Shown: positions 37,215 to 51,997, counted from the whole stretch's first letter. The stretch is 63,406 bases of DNA, filler included, from Octopus bimaculoides (GCF_001194135.2; 4 parts of 4 records of this genome joined end to end with filler, not necessarily neighbours in it); one strand, 5' to 3'. Notes: generated by a model not told the origin, from the sequence alone. Program-made: numbers and translations.

Positions 37215-39034
37215 CTTAATTTGAGTTGCCAGAAAAATTTGTTCGTTTTTTACTCCATTTATTTCAATCTTTTCCAATGTCTTTGAAGTTGTGTTTTGTG
37301 GGTTTTGTAACTCTATTATTCATCTTCAACTTTTGCTTAGATATTTTGAAATTTGAATAAATTTTATCTCTTTTCAGGCATATGATGATGGAATGCAAAG
37401 TAGCAAAAAACGTATGGAGTGGACGCACCTTAAATTGTTTGTTAATTCGAATGAACTTGACAGTTTAGGAATTTGTTGCAGACGCAATTAGTTTAGAAAT
37501 AGAAAAAACTATGTTTTATAAGAATGTAACTTATATTGATAAATCTAATTCATAACTTTTTACAGCGGAGCAATAAAACTATTCCAAGTCATTTCTTTTC
37601 AACAAACAACAAACATACTCCGGCAAAGAATACATAAAACTCATACAAGGTGCATGATTTTGAGTAAGTAACATACGTTAAGGGTGAATAGAGGTTACTG
37701 CATCTGTGCAAAGGATTCAAGGCTATCCAAACAATTCCAAGCTTCTGTGAGATTCAGTGATCTTGATGTTGACCATAAAGTACCAGTGAAAATCGATTTG
37801 ACGTTTAATTTATTTCTTTTTAAAGCGATATTTGCACACTGATCAAAGAGAATAGAAACTTGTAGGGGTCTAAAACATTTTTGTGGTTGATTCCTCAGAA
37901 ATATGATCACACCCATAGGTTCTCAAGCATTTTCTGCTCATATAAGGAGCAATCTGTCTTAACTAAAGCACAGAAGATCCCTGTGTAAGTCGCAAGCAAA
38001 TCTAAGATGATGCCAACTAACCAAGATTTACGAAGTTGTAATATACATGACATAGAAATAACACGACATAAATATGGCCTATCCATGCTTATTAATAAAA
38101 CCTACTTTATGGTTGAAGCTAAATTCTACTGTTTAACCCTCTGCAGTTGGGAAGTAATAGAAATAAAATGAAAACTGTAGTAACTCTACTTGAGAAATTG
38201 TTCTTATTGCTTATTTAAAAATGAAGCACACCTGACGGACAAGCATTTTCCCGTAATATTGGATTAGCTTGCTTGTGGCCAACGACCGCTGTAGGCGAGG
38301 CCTTTCCTTTCAAATCTCAGGTTAACCAATTCTACTATTAGTCCTGTTGTACGTTCAAAATTGGTTCAAATATTCATGGCAGCTGTTCAGTTAACTATAT
38401 TATCGATAACTTTTTAAGTGTAGGCAGCCAAACAGTTGTTATATTCAATATTAGTACTACAGCTTACCATATTTTGTTTCTTAGTGACGATTAATGTTTA
38501 CGATGTTTAATTTTATCTTAAGCTTGAACCTAATTTCGTGAAAAATTGCAGAGAAATTGTATATGTGATTAAGAAGGAAAATGGAGAACACATAATACAA
38601 TTAAAAACAAGGAATAAAGTGTACATGGCAAACAAGCATGTACTTATGTATGTGTGAGTCATACATTTTTAAGCATATAAATTTCTCTTGCCACCTCTTT
38701 TGCTTCGCCAGTATCTTCTTACTTCACACTCGGACTCGCTCTCACTTCCTCCCATACACGCATTCATGCCGATCACCAAACGATTACACATACACGTGCA
38801 AAACAACACCTCACATCCTCATTACTCTACGACACTACATTTCTACACTTGCACACCTCTCTACATATAGATACATTACACTGAACCACACACACACACG
38901 CCACCCTTCCTTAAGCCCGCTTCCAGATACAAATGCATTCGTATACTTGCTTATACTCACCCGCTTTTCCTTTCCCTTCTTAATTCCACCTTATAAAACA
39001 GCATGTCTATATAATTTCTAACCCTTCGCCCGTC

Positions 39035-39200
39035 TCTCTTTCTCTCTCTATCTCTTTCTCTCTCTCTATCTCTTTCTCTCTCTCTATCTCTTTCTCTCTC
39101 TCTATCTCTTTCTCTCTCTCCCCTCTCTCTCACCTCTCTCTCTCTCACCTCTCTCTCTCACCTCTCTCTCTCACCTCTCTCTCTCACCTCTCTCTCTCAC
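39035..39200. repeat. Compound CT-rich minisatellite
   Basis: CTCTTTCTCTCTCTAT units followed by CACCTCTCTCTCT units. Confidence 0.9.
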
Positions 39201-42200
39201 CGATTGTTTTCCTTTCTTACTCTCTCTATGATTCTGTCTTCGGATCAAGAACCAACGTCCAAAACATTAAGGCACTTTGTTTTTCTTTCCATTAAAACAT
39301 TAAACTAATTCGTTCAACCTTATCCATTAAAACGTTAAACTTATTCGTTCAACCTTATCCTTCCTGCACTGTCTTTTTTTTTATTGCTGTGAATCGCTAC
39401 TCAAATTTTCCTAAAGTCTGTGCGAATGATAATATATTGCTTGAAGCTTGTCTATAGATTAATAGGAGGTAGTTTATCCTCATATTTATTACTGTACAAA
39501 CAAAAAAAGCTAACGAATTCTAATTATTTACAGTGAGCTGACTCTGATACAAATAATCAAATAATTATATATGTATGAGAAAGCGGAAAGTAATACCACT
39601 GTGAGACTGCACATGAGAACAAGGTCATAGTATTCATTTGTTTGACTGAGATACGGTTTCTTGGTTTACGTTGACTTTATTATATCCATTATGTAAAGGG
39701 ACATTTTATACAGTTAATATAATTTGCTTGATGAGCAGAGCATCACCAACTGAGGAAGGCCAGTGATTGTAGGTTAATATATACTGATTCCTTTCTTGCG
39801 CATCTTCTTTACGTAACGAATCTTTTTTTTTTCTATTCTTCGTTTTTTACATGAATTCGACATTAGTGTTTCTCAATACAAGGCAGACATTGATTAGACG
39901 ATGACTATAATAATTATTATTATCATGTAATTATTCATATTATTAGAGTTATAAAGGAGTGTTTTGATAGGAAAAGAAAGCAGTTTCATTGTTTCAAATT
40001 CATTTACGAAATGCTTAAGGGGAAAAAAAACCAAAAGCAAAAAAAAAAACCCCAAAAAAACAACAGCAACCAAAATCAACACTTTGATGAGAAAGCCTGT
40101 TTTCAAGCCATTCGCCATATTGACAGTTCTTTACGGTTTATTGTTGCAGGTTTTCTGTCAAACTTAAATTAACCAGATGTATACATGAGCCACGCCTTTA
40201 CTCAGTTTAAAAGGTAGTGCTCAAACATTCAACGTAAGTCAAATAATGATGTTCATAGCGACTACTCTATTTTTTGTCTGAAAAGAGATTTACACACTTC
40301 GTTCATCACCAGCAAACAAAGGATATTAGTATATATCAAGTAGATCTTTTATCATATATGCAATCATTAAAATCTCATACTGAATCTTACATTTCAAAAA
40401 CCAATTGTTTAAATAGTTAAATAAATCAGATTTATTTAATGTTTAAATAAATTTTAAGGCACTTTTTCATGCAAGAATTATCAGTTTTAACTTGTATGAG
40501 GTTCGATATCAAAAATGTCAGGTAAGTTTCTAATTGTTCAAAATGTCATAGCTAACAAGCATCATACCACATTTTACAGAATTAATTACACGGACAAATG
40601 ATCTGCAAAGTCATTGTAAAAGATTCGGGCCGATTGCGGTGGCATTTTACTTAGTTATTACTGTGTTGATAATCGTTAAGCTTTATATCATGGAAGATGC
40701 CAAGTTGTTGATATCAGGGTCGTTAGCCATATTGTCACGAGTTAGCAACCTCGAGAATTGGGTTTCAGACAACATTCATGAATCTGTTCCATTTAGAGAC
40801 TAGCTCGATAAAATAGTCTGTAAGAATCTTAAAATCTATAAAACTTCTTCAAATGAAGCACCTTTGGTTATTTATTTCAGAAGTCTAATCATTATGAACT
40901 GTCTGTGGAGTGAATGTTTCTTCGGCTACGAAAGCCCCTACTTATCTCTTAGCATTCTTGCAAATTCTTTGTCATCTCTGGACCTGAGGAGAAATGAGTA
41001 TAATAACTCCTAACTGATAAATCTGAAACACCGAATTGTTTCGTATATATAGAGTTAGTATATAGAGAGTTAGTGAAATAAGACAAATACACAACTGCGA
41101 TGAGATACAGCGAGTAAGTAGCGAATAATTATTATAATGTAAAGAAGGCAAATTGTCAGATGTACATTGAGCTATAAAATTGATTCAAGGGTTTCCTTTC
41201 ATTTTCCTGTAGACGTAATATTTTTTCATGGCAAGATAACAGTTGGTGTCCAAAGAAGAGAGGTATATAAATTAGCAGTTAAACAGTTTGAGATTACATG
41301 TCTAAGATTATAATCTTTCTGTGTCACCAAGTGCAAATTTTAACATAGCTTTTCGAAGAAGCAAATATTTTATAAGTAAACTAAGGCGTTGCATGTCAAT
41401 ATATCCATTTTATTTAATCAAGATAATGTTATTATTCACGTCATATTACATGGTGAGGAGGCCTCTGTACTCCCGTCCACATTGCTAGAAATATCAATGA
41501 AATCTTGCTAAAATTAGTACCTACTATCTTCAAAAAAAAAAAAGAAAGAACACATTGGATACTATAGTTCTCGAAACGAAGGATGATCAGAAATGGAATG
41601 TGTTATGTCTCAAGCTACTGCTATCTAGAACCTTCGGATGATCTCTACTCAACCGCTACTCGTCAGCTACTCAACACTCCTACCACGGCCAGACTACCTC
41701 TATTTATGTCTTGGGCGATCCTACTTCTTCGCTTGGGGGCGTCGACACAACAGAATGTGACCCTAAGTCAGCTAGATCAAGACTGACATGGGGCAAAACA
41801 ACAGCAACAAACACAAAAACAACTTGCAATCATTAAAATACCTTTCGTGCATTAATTACCGGATTACTTACACGGTTGTTTTATGCGTAATGAGTCCCTC
41901 ACATTTCCTTAATTCTATACGAATATATTTGTTCTATGGACATGTAATGTACGCAAAAACCATAAAATTTACGTGGAAAGGGAAATGTGAAACTGAATTA
42001 CTTGAGTAACTTTTGCAAAGTCATTGAATTAGTTGAAACTATGTAAAGAGAGAAACCGAATTGCAGTTAGGATTCCTAATTCAATTTCACATTGTGTTTT
42101 CTGCCACTAAATCTACTATAATAGTAAATTCTGAAATATACATAACGTATGTGAGTCTTAGAGGAAAAAGTACTTAAAAATCGTCAACGAAGCTTGTATA

Positions 42201-42499
42201 ATTAGGTTTAGTAATCTGCAGTATTTATGATTGTTTAATTAGTTTTATTGACAAAAATAACACCTCTGTATAATAGGCAAGTCTTTCCTTATTTTCTATG
42301 TTTTCTAAAACCAATCTGCCACTAATATATGATTTCAACTTCTCTGAATTTACCGAGACTCACCTCCCCTTCTCTCGTAAACTTTGATGTGTCTCTTACC
42401 TCAGATCTTCCTTCCCATAACTTCCTGGCATTGAATCTCCTACCACGGAGGTGTGGAAGCTGTATATTAAACATTCTAGCCATACCAGCCTAAAGTGAC

Positions 42500-44756
42500 T
42501 TACAAGGTTCATGAAACACCCAAAGCGTTTGTGGACATTCCAGCACCCATCTGGATCTTATTCACAAATTGACTACATACTTGAGAGAAACAAGTGGAAG
42601 AACAGTGTCTGAAATGCATACTCCTCCATCGCATCTATTGCCTTAGATCATAGTGTTGTTGTTGTTTCTATATGCCCTATTCTCTGCCTTAGATCATCAA
42701 AACCACCAGTTCCAAACCCCATGAAACAGGTGGACTGGTCCGAGGTATCATCAGATAAAGACATAGCGCACTCAATTGCTGTAGATGTTAAAAACCGTTT
42801 TGAAATGCTCTCAAGGCACACTGACGACATTGAAACACAATATAACAACCTCGTAAAAGCTACAGATGAAATTGCCCTTTCAAAACTACGCAAGAAGAAA
42901 AGAATAAAGCACAGATCAATTCATGCAGATGTCCGTGTGAGAGAAGCATGGAAGCATTTAAAAAGATCGAAACTTAGACATGAACAGAGGCCTACTAAAC
43001 ATAACTTCAAAGATGCTTTCAAAACTCAAGGAACGCAAGATGAGGCATATGCCAATGTAGAAACAGATTACATTCTTGCTGAAATTAGCAAAATTGCAAA
43101 GTTGCATACTGCAAAGCAGCATGCTGCAGTATGGAAATTAATAAACACACTAACTGAAAGAAAATTTAAGCCCTCCATCGGGCTTAAAGGTCGTTCCTCT
43201 GAGAAGCGCATGGCCAACTGGTTTGACCACTTTCAGAAACTTCTTGGAGAACCACAACAAACTAGCGGTCTTCCACTTCCTCTACACCAAATATCTAATG
43301 CATTAGACATCATCACGGACCTTTTCACATTGGATGAGCTCAATGTAGTTCTCAGTAGTTTTGCTAACGACAAATCTCCAGAAATCGATAACATACCAAC
43401 ATTACTGTGGAAAGTTCCATATTTCACGAAACCTTACTAGGTTTCTGCAACGTCACATATGCACATCTTTGCCTCCATCAGCTTGGTTGAGGGGTGGAAT
43501 TGTCCCTGTCTCCAAAAAAGGTGATCTAACAAGTGCAGCAAATTATAGAGGCATTACTCTGATCCCAATTGCAGCAAAAGTTTATAACAAACTTATGGTT
43601 AGTGGTATTGTACCTATGCTTGATCCACTTCTTCGTAAAAATCAGAATTGGTTTTGAAGGGGCCGGGCAACAACTGCTCAGATCCTCTCCATCCGTCACA
43701 TACTAGAAGAAAATAAAACGTTTAACAAGAGCGTCCCAATCTGTTTTGTCGACTTTCGCAAAGCATTTGATTCCATCAGCAGAGATCTTATGTTTAAAAT
43801 CCATGTACTCTATGGTATTCCTCCCAGTATTGTTGATGCTATCAGAGCGATGTACACAAACACCAATGCCACAGTTATATCTCTTGATGGAGAGACTGAT
43901 TTCTGTGAAGTTGAAGCAGGTGTTCGCTACTTTCTTGTTCATCATTTTTCTCGACTATGTTCTACGCATTTCCCTAGACGATATAGAGAAAAAGGGACTC
44001 CTTTTGAAACCCCACCAGAGCAGTCGGCATTGTGCACAATATTTAACTGATCTTGACTTTGCTGGCGATCTTGCCTTGATATCCCATTGTATTAAAGATG
44101 CAGAATGTGTGTTACAAGCACTGGAGAAAGCAACAAACCAGGTCGGCCTTTACTGCAGCGAGAGTAAGCCGGGGTTTATCACGACCTCCTCCAAGTTAAC
44201 TGAATTTAAATCGCTCCATAATATATCAATCAAAAACGTTGATGGCTTCAAATATCTTGGATCACACATAGTAGACTCCCAAAAGGACTTTCGCATCTGC
44301 AAAACTCTTGCTTGGGATACATATAACAGACTTGATAAGATCTGGCACTCAAACCTTCAACTGATTGAGCTGGTTCTTCTCTATGAATCAGAGATCTGGA
44401 TCTTATCGGCTCTCTTAGAAAAACAACTAGATGGAACATATACCAACCTGCTCAGAAAGATACGGAACATCAGTTGGAGATCACACCCCAACACTTAGTA
44501 ACATCTACGGAAATCTGATACCAATATCCCTCAAGCTAAAGCAGAAACAGCTACAATCTGCTGGCCTCTGTCATCGAGCAGAGAAAGAGGTTATCTCGTA
44601 CCTGCTCCAGTGGTATCTCTTTGGAAGCGTTTTCTCCAGGAAACTGACATTTCCAGATATTATATCTCGGGACTTTGGGCTGGATATTAGAGATCTGCAC
44701 ACAGCAATGCAGGACCATGTAGTGTGGAAATAAGTTGGTCGAAGGATGATGATGAT
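42500..44756 (+). mobile_element. RTE-clade non-LTR retrotransposon, 5'-truncated pseudogene
   Basis: End of APE domain (LWTFQHPSG..SQIDYIL...DHSVV). RT motifs KKGDLTSAANYRGITL, CFVDFRKAFDSI, TDLDFAGDLALI and FKYLGS. 3' (GAT)n tail. Frameshifts and internal deletions. Confidence 0.92.
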
Positions 44757-44892
44757 TTGCAAAAGGATTAAAAGACGCAGTCAAATATAGTTTGGAGTTG
44801 GATCACATATCCGAATCTGGACATACTGGAAAACAGATTAGAAATTGTAGTACTAAACATATGCTAAAACCCATGCTTCTATACATACAAAT

Positions 44893-44944
<52 letters not shown>

Positions 44945-45044
44945 NNNNNNNNNNNNNNNNNNNNNNNNNNNNNNNNNNNNNNNNNNNNTTAATTAATTAA
45001 NNNNNNNNNNNNNNNNNNNNNNNNNNNNNNNNNNNNNNNNNNNN
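44945..45044. other. Artificial 100-bp scaffold spacer
   Basis: 44 N + TTAATTAATTAA + 44 N. Confidence 0.92.
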
Positions 45045-45225
45045 AACCACAAAGAAAAATAATGTTCTCCAGAAAAATTTCGCAAAATGCCAGAACAGGA
45101 CAAAATTATATATAATTATGATAATAATATTAGGGATAAAAATCCAAATTTACAGGGAAAAATTCAATTTAATTTATCTAAATTAAAATTATATTAGATT
45201 AAATTTCACAATATATAATATATAA

Positions 45226-45515
45226 ATATATAATTTAGAGAAAAAGCCACAATTATTGAATTCATCCATGAAAATCCACAATCACATATAGAAAAATTTA
45301 ATAAGTAAATACACTAAAAAGACCTATCATAAAAAAAGTACAAGGTAATAAATATTTTTATTATTATTTTATTATTTTAATATTTATTACTTTGTACTTT
45401 TTTGATTTTGATTTTTGGTCTTTTTAGTGTATTTACTTATTAAATTTTTCTATATGTGATTGTGGATTTTCATGGATGAATTCAATAATTGTAGTTTTTT
45501 CTCTAAATTATATAT
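45226..45515. repeat. Long AT-rich inverted repeat (arms 45226-45356 and 45379-45515)
   Basis: Includes a perfect 76-bp match between 45249-45324 and 45417-45492. Spacer about 22 nt. Confidence 0.93.
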
Positions 45516-46914
45516 ATGGCCATAATAGATGAGCTTTTGTTTTTTGCACAGTGTTCAGGAGCTGCCGTCTTTCACCTACTTGCTGTAACACCCATCTATT
45601 TGTCTAAGGGTTCTCGCCCTTTACACTTACATTTCAAATGCATTTATACTGTATCTATTATAACTTTCACTACAACTGTTTTCTAATAATATATTGATAA
45701 AAAGAAATAACTAACTTTTATATCTCAATGGTTATGTCACTGTTATTTCCCACAATGCTAAAACGGAAATAGATATTGGAAAAAAAATAGAAATGATTTT
45801 GTTAGTGAATATTATAGAGATAAAAAAATTAATGGGTATGAATATTGTCTTATAAAGAAAGGGAAATTAAAATAACCAATGAAAATCAATAGTTTTAAGT
45901 ACTCTCTATCTTCCTCTCTCATCCACACATATCTCTATACATACATATGCATAATTGCATGTATGTTTACGTGTGCGTATACCCTTCCTGTGTCCCTTTT
46001 AACAACGGTTATTAATCTATATTTTTGGTAGGTAAGAAAAGAGACGCTTAAGATCTTTAAAAGTAATGTATGGCTTAGTTAATGCACTGTTTTACTCTAT
46101 CAGTTATTTTAGGCTGGAAGCTATTTCTTTTTCTTCTAAATGATTAGCATCATATTACTAGAGTTGGTGTTTCTTAATAGATATTGCAGATAGTTTTAGA
46201 ATGTCTCTGCTATGTGAGGTTATTACTCTCGCATATAATTTTCTTTTTCTCCCCCACGCGATCACAACAGAAATATGTTTCAATGCAAAGTGTCTTGTGT
46301 TTCGGTCCCTATAAGTCCTGGCAGATCCTCAGTCTCACTTTGTGCATCTCTTCTAATAACATGAATGTAGTTTAGAAGTCTTGATCGTTTATTAGGCTGT
46401 GGATTTCTACAAAATTTAACAACTGACATGGAGAACTAACACCGCATTGAGAAAAACCAATATTGGTGGGAGTTGACCAATAGCAACAAAATGCCCGAAA
46501 GACAAACAGACAGGCAGAGAGGAGAGATAGAGAGAAGAATAGCAGATTCTTGGTTACAGATTAGAAGACATGAGTTAGAGGCCTGTAAAGTCGGGGAAGG
46601 GAACTGCAATGCATTACAAGTAATATGGCAAAAGATAATACAGATAGACAAAGAGATTTACAAGAAAATATAAGAAACAGAATAATATTTTGTGCTTATT
46701 TCCTTCTTGAAATTTGTTATTAATAAACATCCCATCTTCCTTTTAGTGTTATTTGCTATTCTTTTCCTTGGAACCCTTTCCCCAGTTACCCATCCCGTAC
46801 TTCCAACATCATCCCTTATCATGTAATTTCCACCTGAAAACCCCCTTTCTCAGAACATCCATTCATATCGATAAATTCTTTGAAGAATCTGAAGAATGTT
46901 TTTCTTGGGCACAG

Positions 46915-47295
46915 GCATAGCTGTGTGATTAAGAAACTCACTTGTAATTACGTGGTTTTGGGTTCAGTACCATTGTGCAGTACTTTGGACAAGTGTACTC
47001 TACTATACACCTGGGCTGATAAATCCCTTGCAAGTGAATTTGATAGGCAGAAACTGTAGATGTCTGTCATATATATGCATAAATACACATGCGTGTGTCT
47101 TTGTAATCATGCTTGTCCCCCAACTGCCTTGCCACTGCCTGAAAACTGGCATTGGTTTGCTCGACAAAGGGCCTGATAAAATAAGTATCAGGTTCAAAAA
47201 TCGATGTGTATTAGGATCGATCTCTGCGACTAAAACCCCGTCATGTCAACGCCCCAGCACGGCTACAGTTCAATAACTGAAACAATAAAAGATAA
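46915..47295 (+). mobile_element. Diverged SINE family A
   Basis: Head GCATAGCTGTGTGATTAAG, core TACTTTGGACAAGTGT, tail CAGCACGGCTACAGTTCAATAACTGAAAC. Confidence 0.75.
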
Positions 47296-48049
47296 AGGAT
47301 CATTTCCTTGAGTGATAAAATATCATTTTGCATCTCCATTCGATAAATCCTAGCATTTTCCTGTTATAGCTGCAGAGTATCTTATTGCAAGAAAAAAAGA
47401 ATTGTGAGCGCCAGTGAAACACAAAGGGCTAATCTCTAATCTCACTGCTGTTTGTCTTGTAATTATTATCTTGCTATACCATCATTTAAATAGAGTGAAA
47501 AAAATTACTAGCTGTTCATTATGCAAGAAAGAAATACTTCTTAAGTGATTGCTATTACAAACTCAGCTGCTATTTAACATCAACATCATGATTCCAAATC
47601 TAAATCACTGATGCATTCTACACAAGGATTTCTTAATTTTCCTTAAGCTGATTTCCAACACTTAAAACGAAGCCAAAACCTCAAACAAAAACTAAATAAT
47701 TAAGATAGGATTTCAATCAATTCCTGTTGAGAATTTCTTTTAGAATAATCTCAACAATAGATTCTTTATCAACATTAAATATTCCAAACATTAATAACCA
47801 ATGAATTTTGCCGATTCATCAAAAATTTCTGTAAATTCGTTTACATTTCTGAGGAAAATTAATTCAATATCAAAGGTAAACAACGAAGATTTAAGCATTT
47901 CTTTCCGGATAAATTCTTAACAATTTCCAAGTTATCATTTCTGCAAAAGGATAAAAAGAGAATCTTTATTCAATGCTGTATTGAGTTTTAAATGTCACTC
48001 AGAACATACTGTTGATTACACTTCCAGGGTTATACAGGAAGACTCTTTT

Positions 48050-48697
48050 CTACTCTAGGTACACGACCCAAAATTTTGGAGGAGGGTGGCAGTCAATTAG
48101 ATCGACCCTAGTACGCAACTGGTACTTAATTTATCAACTCTAAAAGGATGAAATTTGAACTCAGAATGTAAAGATAGATGAAATACTGCTAAGCATTTCG
48201 CCTTGTGTGCTAACATTTCTGCCAGCTCGCCGTCTTAAAGAATATTTTCTACTCTAGGCACAAGGCCCAAAATTATGGTTAAGGGGCCAATTAATTAGAT
48301 CGATCCCAGTACGCAACTGGTACTTAATTTATCGACCCTGAAAGGATGAAAGGCAAAGTCGACCTCGGCAGAATTTGAACTCAGAACGTAAAGATAGATG
48401 AAATACTACTAAGCATTTCTTCCGGCATGCTAATGTTTCTGCCACCTCGCCACTTTCTGCCACTTAAATATGTATTTCTTTATTGCCCACAGGAGGCTAA
48501 ACACAGAGGGGACAAACAAGGACAGACAAATGGATTAAGTCAATTAGATCGACTCCAGTGGTACTTATTTAATTGACCCTGAAAGGATGAAAGGCAAAGT
48601 CGACCTTGGCAGAATTTGAACACAGAACATAAAGACAGACGAAATACCGCTAAGCATTTCACCTGGCGTGATAACAATTCTGCCAGCTTGCCGCCTT
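48050..48697 (-). mobile_element. Three tandem SINE family B copies
   Basis: Three successive GAATTTGAAC.CAGAAC.TAAAGA.AGA.GAAATAC..CTAAGCATTTC...TCTGCCA.CT.GCC blocks. Confidence 0.88.
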
Positions 48698-48939
48698 TTA
48701 CCTTCACTTAGACTGCGGCCATGATGGGGCATTGCCATGAAGGATTTAGTTGAACGAATCTACTCCAGTACATTTTTTAAAGTCTGGTTCATATTTTGTT
48801 ACTCTCTTTTGTCAAACCCCTAAGTTACAGGGATGTAAGCAAGCGTAAATTTGTAAAACAGTCAAAGATCCAGAGAAGATCCAGTATAATCAAGTTAATT
48901 TTAGCAATAATAGGCCACATAGAACTAGGAGTAGGACAT

Positions 48940-49580
48940 TTTTGTGGTTTAACCTTGCATTTAATATTGCTGTAAAAACTAATATAAGTAGGAAATTCTT
49001 AAAATTAGTCTCTAAGCATTTTCAATCTAGCCATAAGTTCTATAGAATATTTAATAGGAGAACACTGAAAGTTAGCTATTCTTGTTGCAAAAACTTCACC
49101 TCTTTTATTAGCCAGCATAATACGAAAATTATTACAGACAACTACAGTGCTGAATCTAATCTGAGGAACTGCAACTGCAAAGATGAGACTTGCTGTCAGT
49201 TGGAAGGTAAATGTCTTGAAAAATGAATTGTTTATAGAGCTAAAATGCAAGACTATAAAACATATACAAGGGCTTCGGAAAATTCATTCAAGACTCGATT
49301 CTATTCCCACTGAAATTCTTTTCGATACCCGAGAACAGGACAGCAACTAATCTTGCAAAGCATGTCTGGTAATTGAAAGAGAATGACACACGTCCTTTCA
49401 ATGTAACATGGGAAATTCTAGAAAAAGCTTCAGCATACAGACATGGAGCGTATAAAAGACCTATGAAATGTAATCTTTGCCTCTCAGAAAAGTTCTTTAT
49501 CCTGTTCCAGGATAAAAATGGTTTGAACCAGTGACACGAATTCTTAAATTCCTGCAGGCACGCCGCAAAGTTTACAATGT
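48940..49580 (+). mobile_element. Penelope-like element 3' fragment (linker plus GIY-YIG region) of a different subgroup from the 19.9-21.3 kb element
   Basis: WFN...VKTNISRKFLKLVSKHF, IFNRRTLKVSYSC, CNCKDETCCQLEGKCL, IVYRAK, FKTRFYSH and CNLCLSEK. Frameshifted. Confidence 0.85.
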
Positions 49581-50629
49581 CAACCGACAAAATACCGTAT
49601 GAGTAAAATGTTCTGACTTTCGAAATATTTTTTTGACTGTTGCATTTGAATTTGACTTTACACATCATAGTTATTTTGCATTGCAATGCTGGTGTCTTTA
49701 AGAAAGCCTTCGACTGTTTTGCAAATTTAAGCTTTAGATTCGCCGAGGTCTATTTTTTATTGTTTACTCACATATTTAATTGTGTTATATCAAATTAATG
49801 TACGATTTCCTTATTCTTATATTTTAATATTATATACACCGGACAGTTTTTGTAAAATTGTTTGTAGATATACGTTATGATGTATATATTTATCTTGATG
49901 TGACGATATGTCTCTATATATTTATGTACGTGTATGTATGTTTTGTGTTTATGTAGATATACATATAATTTTTTGTGTGCATTTTTGTGTGTTTGTTGCA
50001 CAAGTTAAACAGAGTATCGAATTGTCCTTAGATACTTTCGAACGCCATGATGTAACACTCTCTATCCCTATCTATTTTTTCTCTTTCTCTCTCTAATTTT
50101 GTTTCACTTTCTTTTATTTCTTTTTACTGTTTTCTTCTTTTCCACTGTTTTCTTCCTCCCCCACCCCATACTTAATATTTTTCATTTTTTTCCTTCTCTT
50201 TCTTTCACCTGATAAGCATACGCCAAGCGATTTTGTGCACGTGCATGTGTGTGCGTACATACATATATATGCATTTGTATATATTTATATTTGTCTTCCC
50301 TATATATGTCTGTATATATGTAGCTATGTACATGCATCTGTATGTTTAATGTATATATGTATATTATAGATGGTTTGGCATGTGTATATACTACTAAATG
50401 TATATGTAATCCAACGTGAAATTTTTTTTCAAATGGATATAACTTTTAATGTATTAATTGATTAATATTTTGCAGATAATTATTTACCCTGGGTATTCAG
50501 GCTCTGCCCTCCTTTATAAGCTATTTTTGATTTAAGGTTTTCTTTGATTCTTTTATGATAAGATGATACTTTTATACCACAATTTGTTCATTGCATGCAC
50601 CCATCATGAAAAAGACACATATACATACA

Positions 50630-50945
50630 CGACGAGCTTCTTTCAGTGTCCGTCTACTAAATTCACTCAGAAGGCTTTGGTGAACCTGAGGTTATAGTAG
50701 AAGACACTTGCCCAAGGTGCAACGCAGTGGGACTGAATCTGAAACAATGTGATTGGTAAGCAAGCTATTTACTACATAGCCACTCCTGCGCCTCATCATC
50801 ATCGTTTAACGTCCGCTTTCCATGTTAGCATGGGTTGAACGATTTGACTGCGGACTGGTGGACCAGGTGGCTACACCAGGCTCCAATCTGATTTGGCAGA
50901 GTTTCAACAGCTGGATGCCCTTCCTAACGTCAACCACTCCGAGAT
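50630..50945 (-). mobile_element. SINE A head (50630-50793) abutting a SINE D copy (50794-50945)
   Basis: Family-diagnostic blocks as above. Confidence 0.85.
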
Positions 50946-51924
50946 TGATATTTATATAACATAGTATTGACTAGACTATCGGATGTTGTTATGCATCGCT
51001 GGTCACAATGCGCTTTGCTTTCAAATGATGCCACACCGAGTACGCCAATGTGTGTGTGTGGTAGGTATATATGTTTGTATACCTGCATGCTTATATCAGA
51101 ATTGGTGGCCTAGAAGATAACCTTAACCAGTAGCTCATTTTTATCTGGCACCTATAAAGTAACAGTACAAAACGTTAATGAGTATTGAGAGAAAAATTGG
51201 GTCTGTGACTCATCTACTTCGCCTCCACCATTTCAGTGCAGATAAACAAAGCTATTAGTATCTCAGCCATCAAACCCAGAACATAACAACGTTTATTTTA
51301 GTTTGTAACTTTGCAAACATTTACTACCCTTTATTAATGACTTTTCACAATTTCTCTCTCGAATTCAGTCCAATCATTTGCTGCAGCCAACATGATTTAA
51401 CAACCATTCCTTCCTTGTTTAACACCTCCAAGCAATGCTATTCTTCGTTTTCCGGTTTTTTTTGTTGTTTTCACTTGGTTGTTTGTTTGTTTCTTTTTTT
51501 GTTTTTGTATTCAAAGAACTTTTACCTTCCATCCGTTATCGTCGTTCATTAAAAATCAGAAAACCTACTGCCACTAACATGCCATTTATTTGAAAACATG
51601 AAAAGTTACTTATCGCATGAGAAACAAGGAAATTAAGAGTGGTTTGAAGAGATAGAGAGGAACACATAACAAAAAGCAATGCATGGTTATATGTGTTTCA
51701 GTTAACAATGTCTGATTTTAAAGATTACTCAGTTCTCCAAGATAGAACAATTTCTAAAAAAAATCATTAAAATTACATTGAAGAAGCTTGGCTTTCTGTT
51801 TAATGCTTCAAGTTATTTAACAGATAAGAAATGCTACAAGAACCAAATTAATGGTACAGCATAGTATGTAGTACTATTTAAAGACGTTTTCCACTAGCAG
51901 GCTACAGTTAAACTATTATTGTTA

Positions 51925-51925
51925 C

Positions 51926-51997
<72 letters not shown>

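Noticed and set aside
50205-50240. CCTGATAAGC...GCGATT downstream of the Penelope fragment
   Set aside because: Both CUGANGA and GAAA are broken, so it cannot be told from chance.
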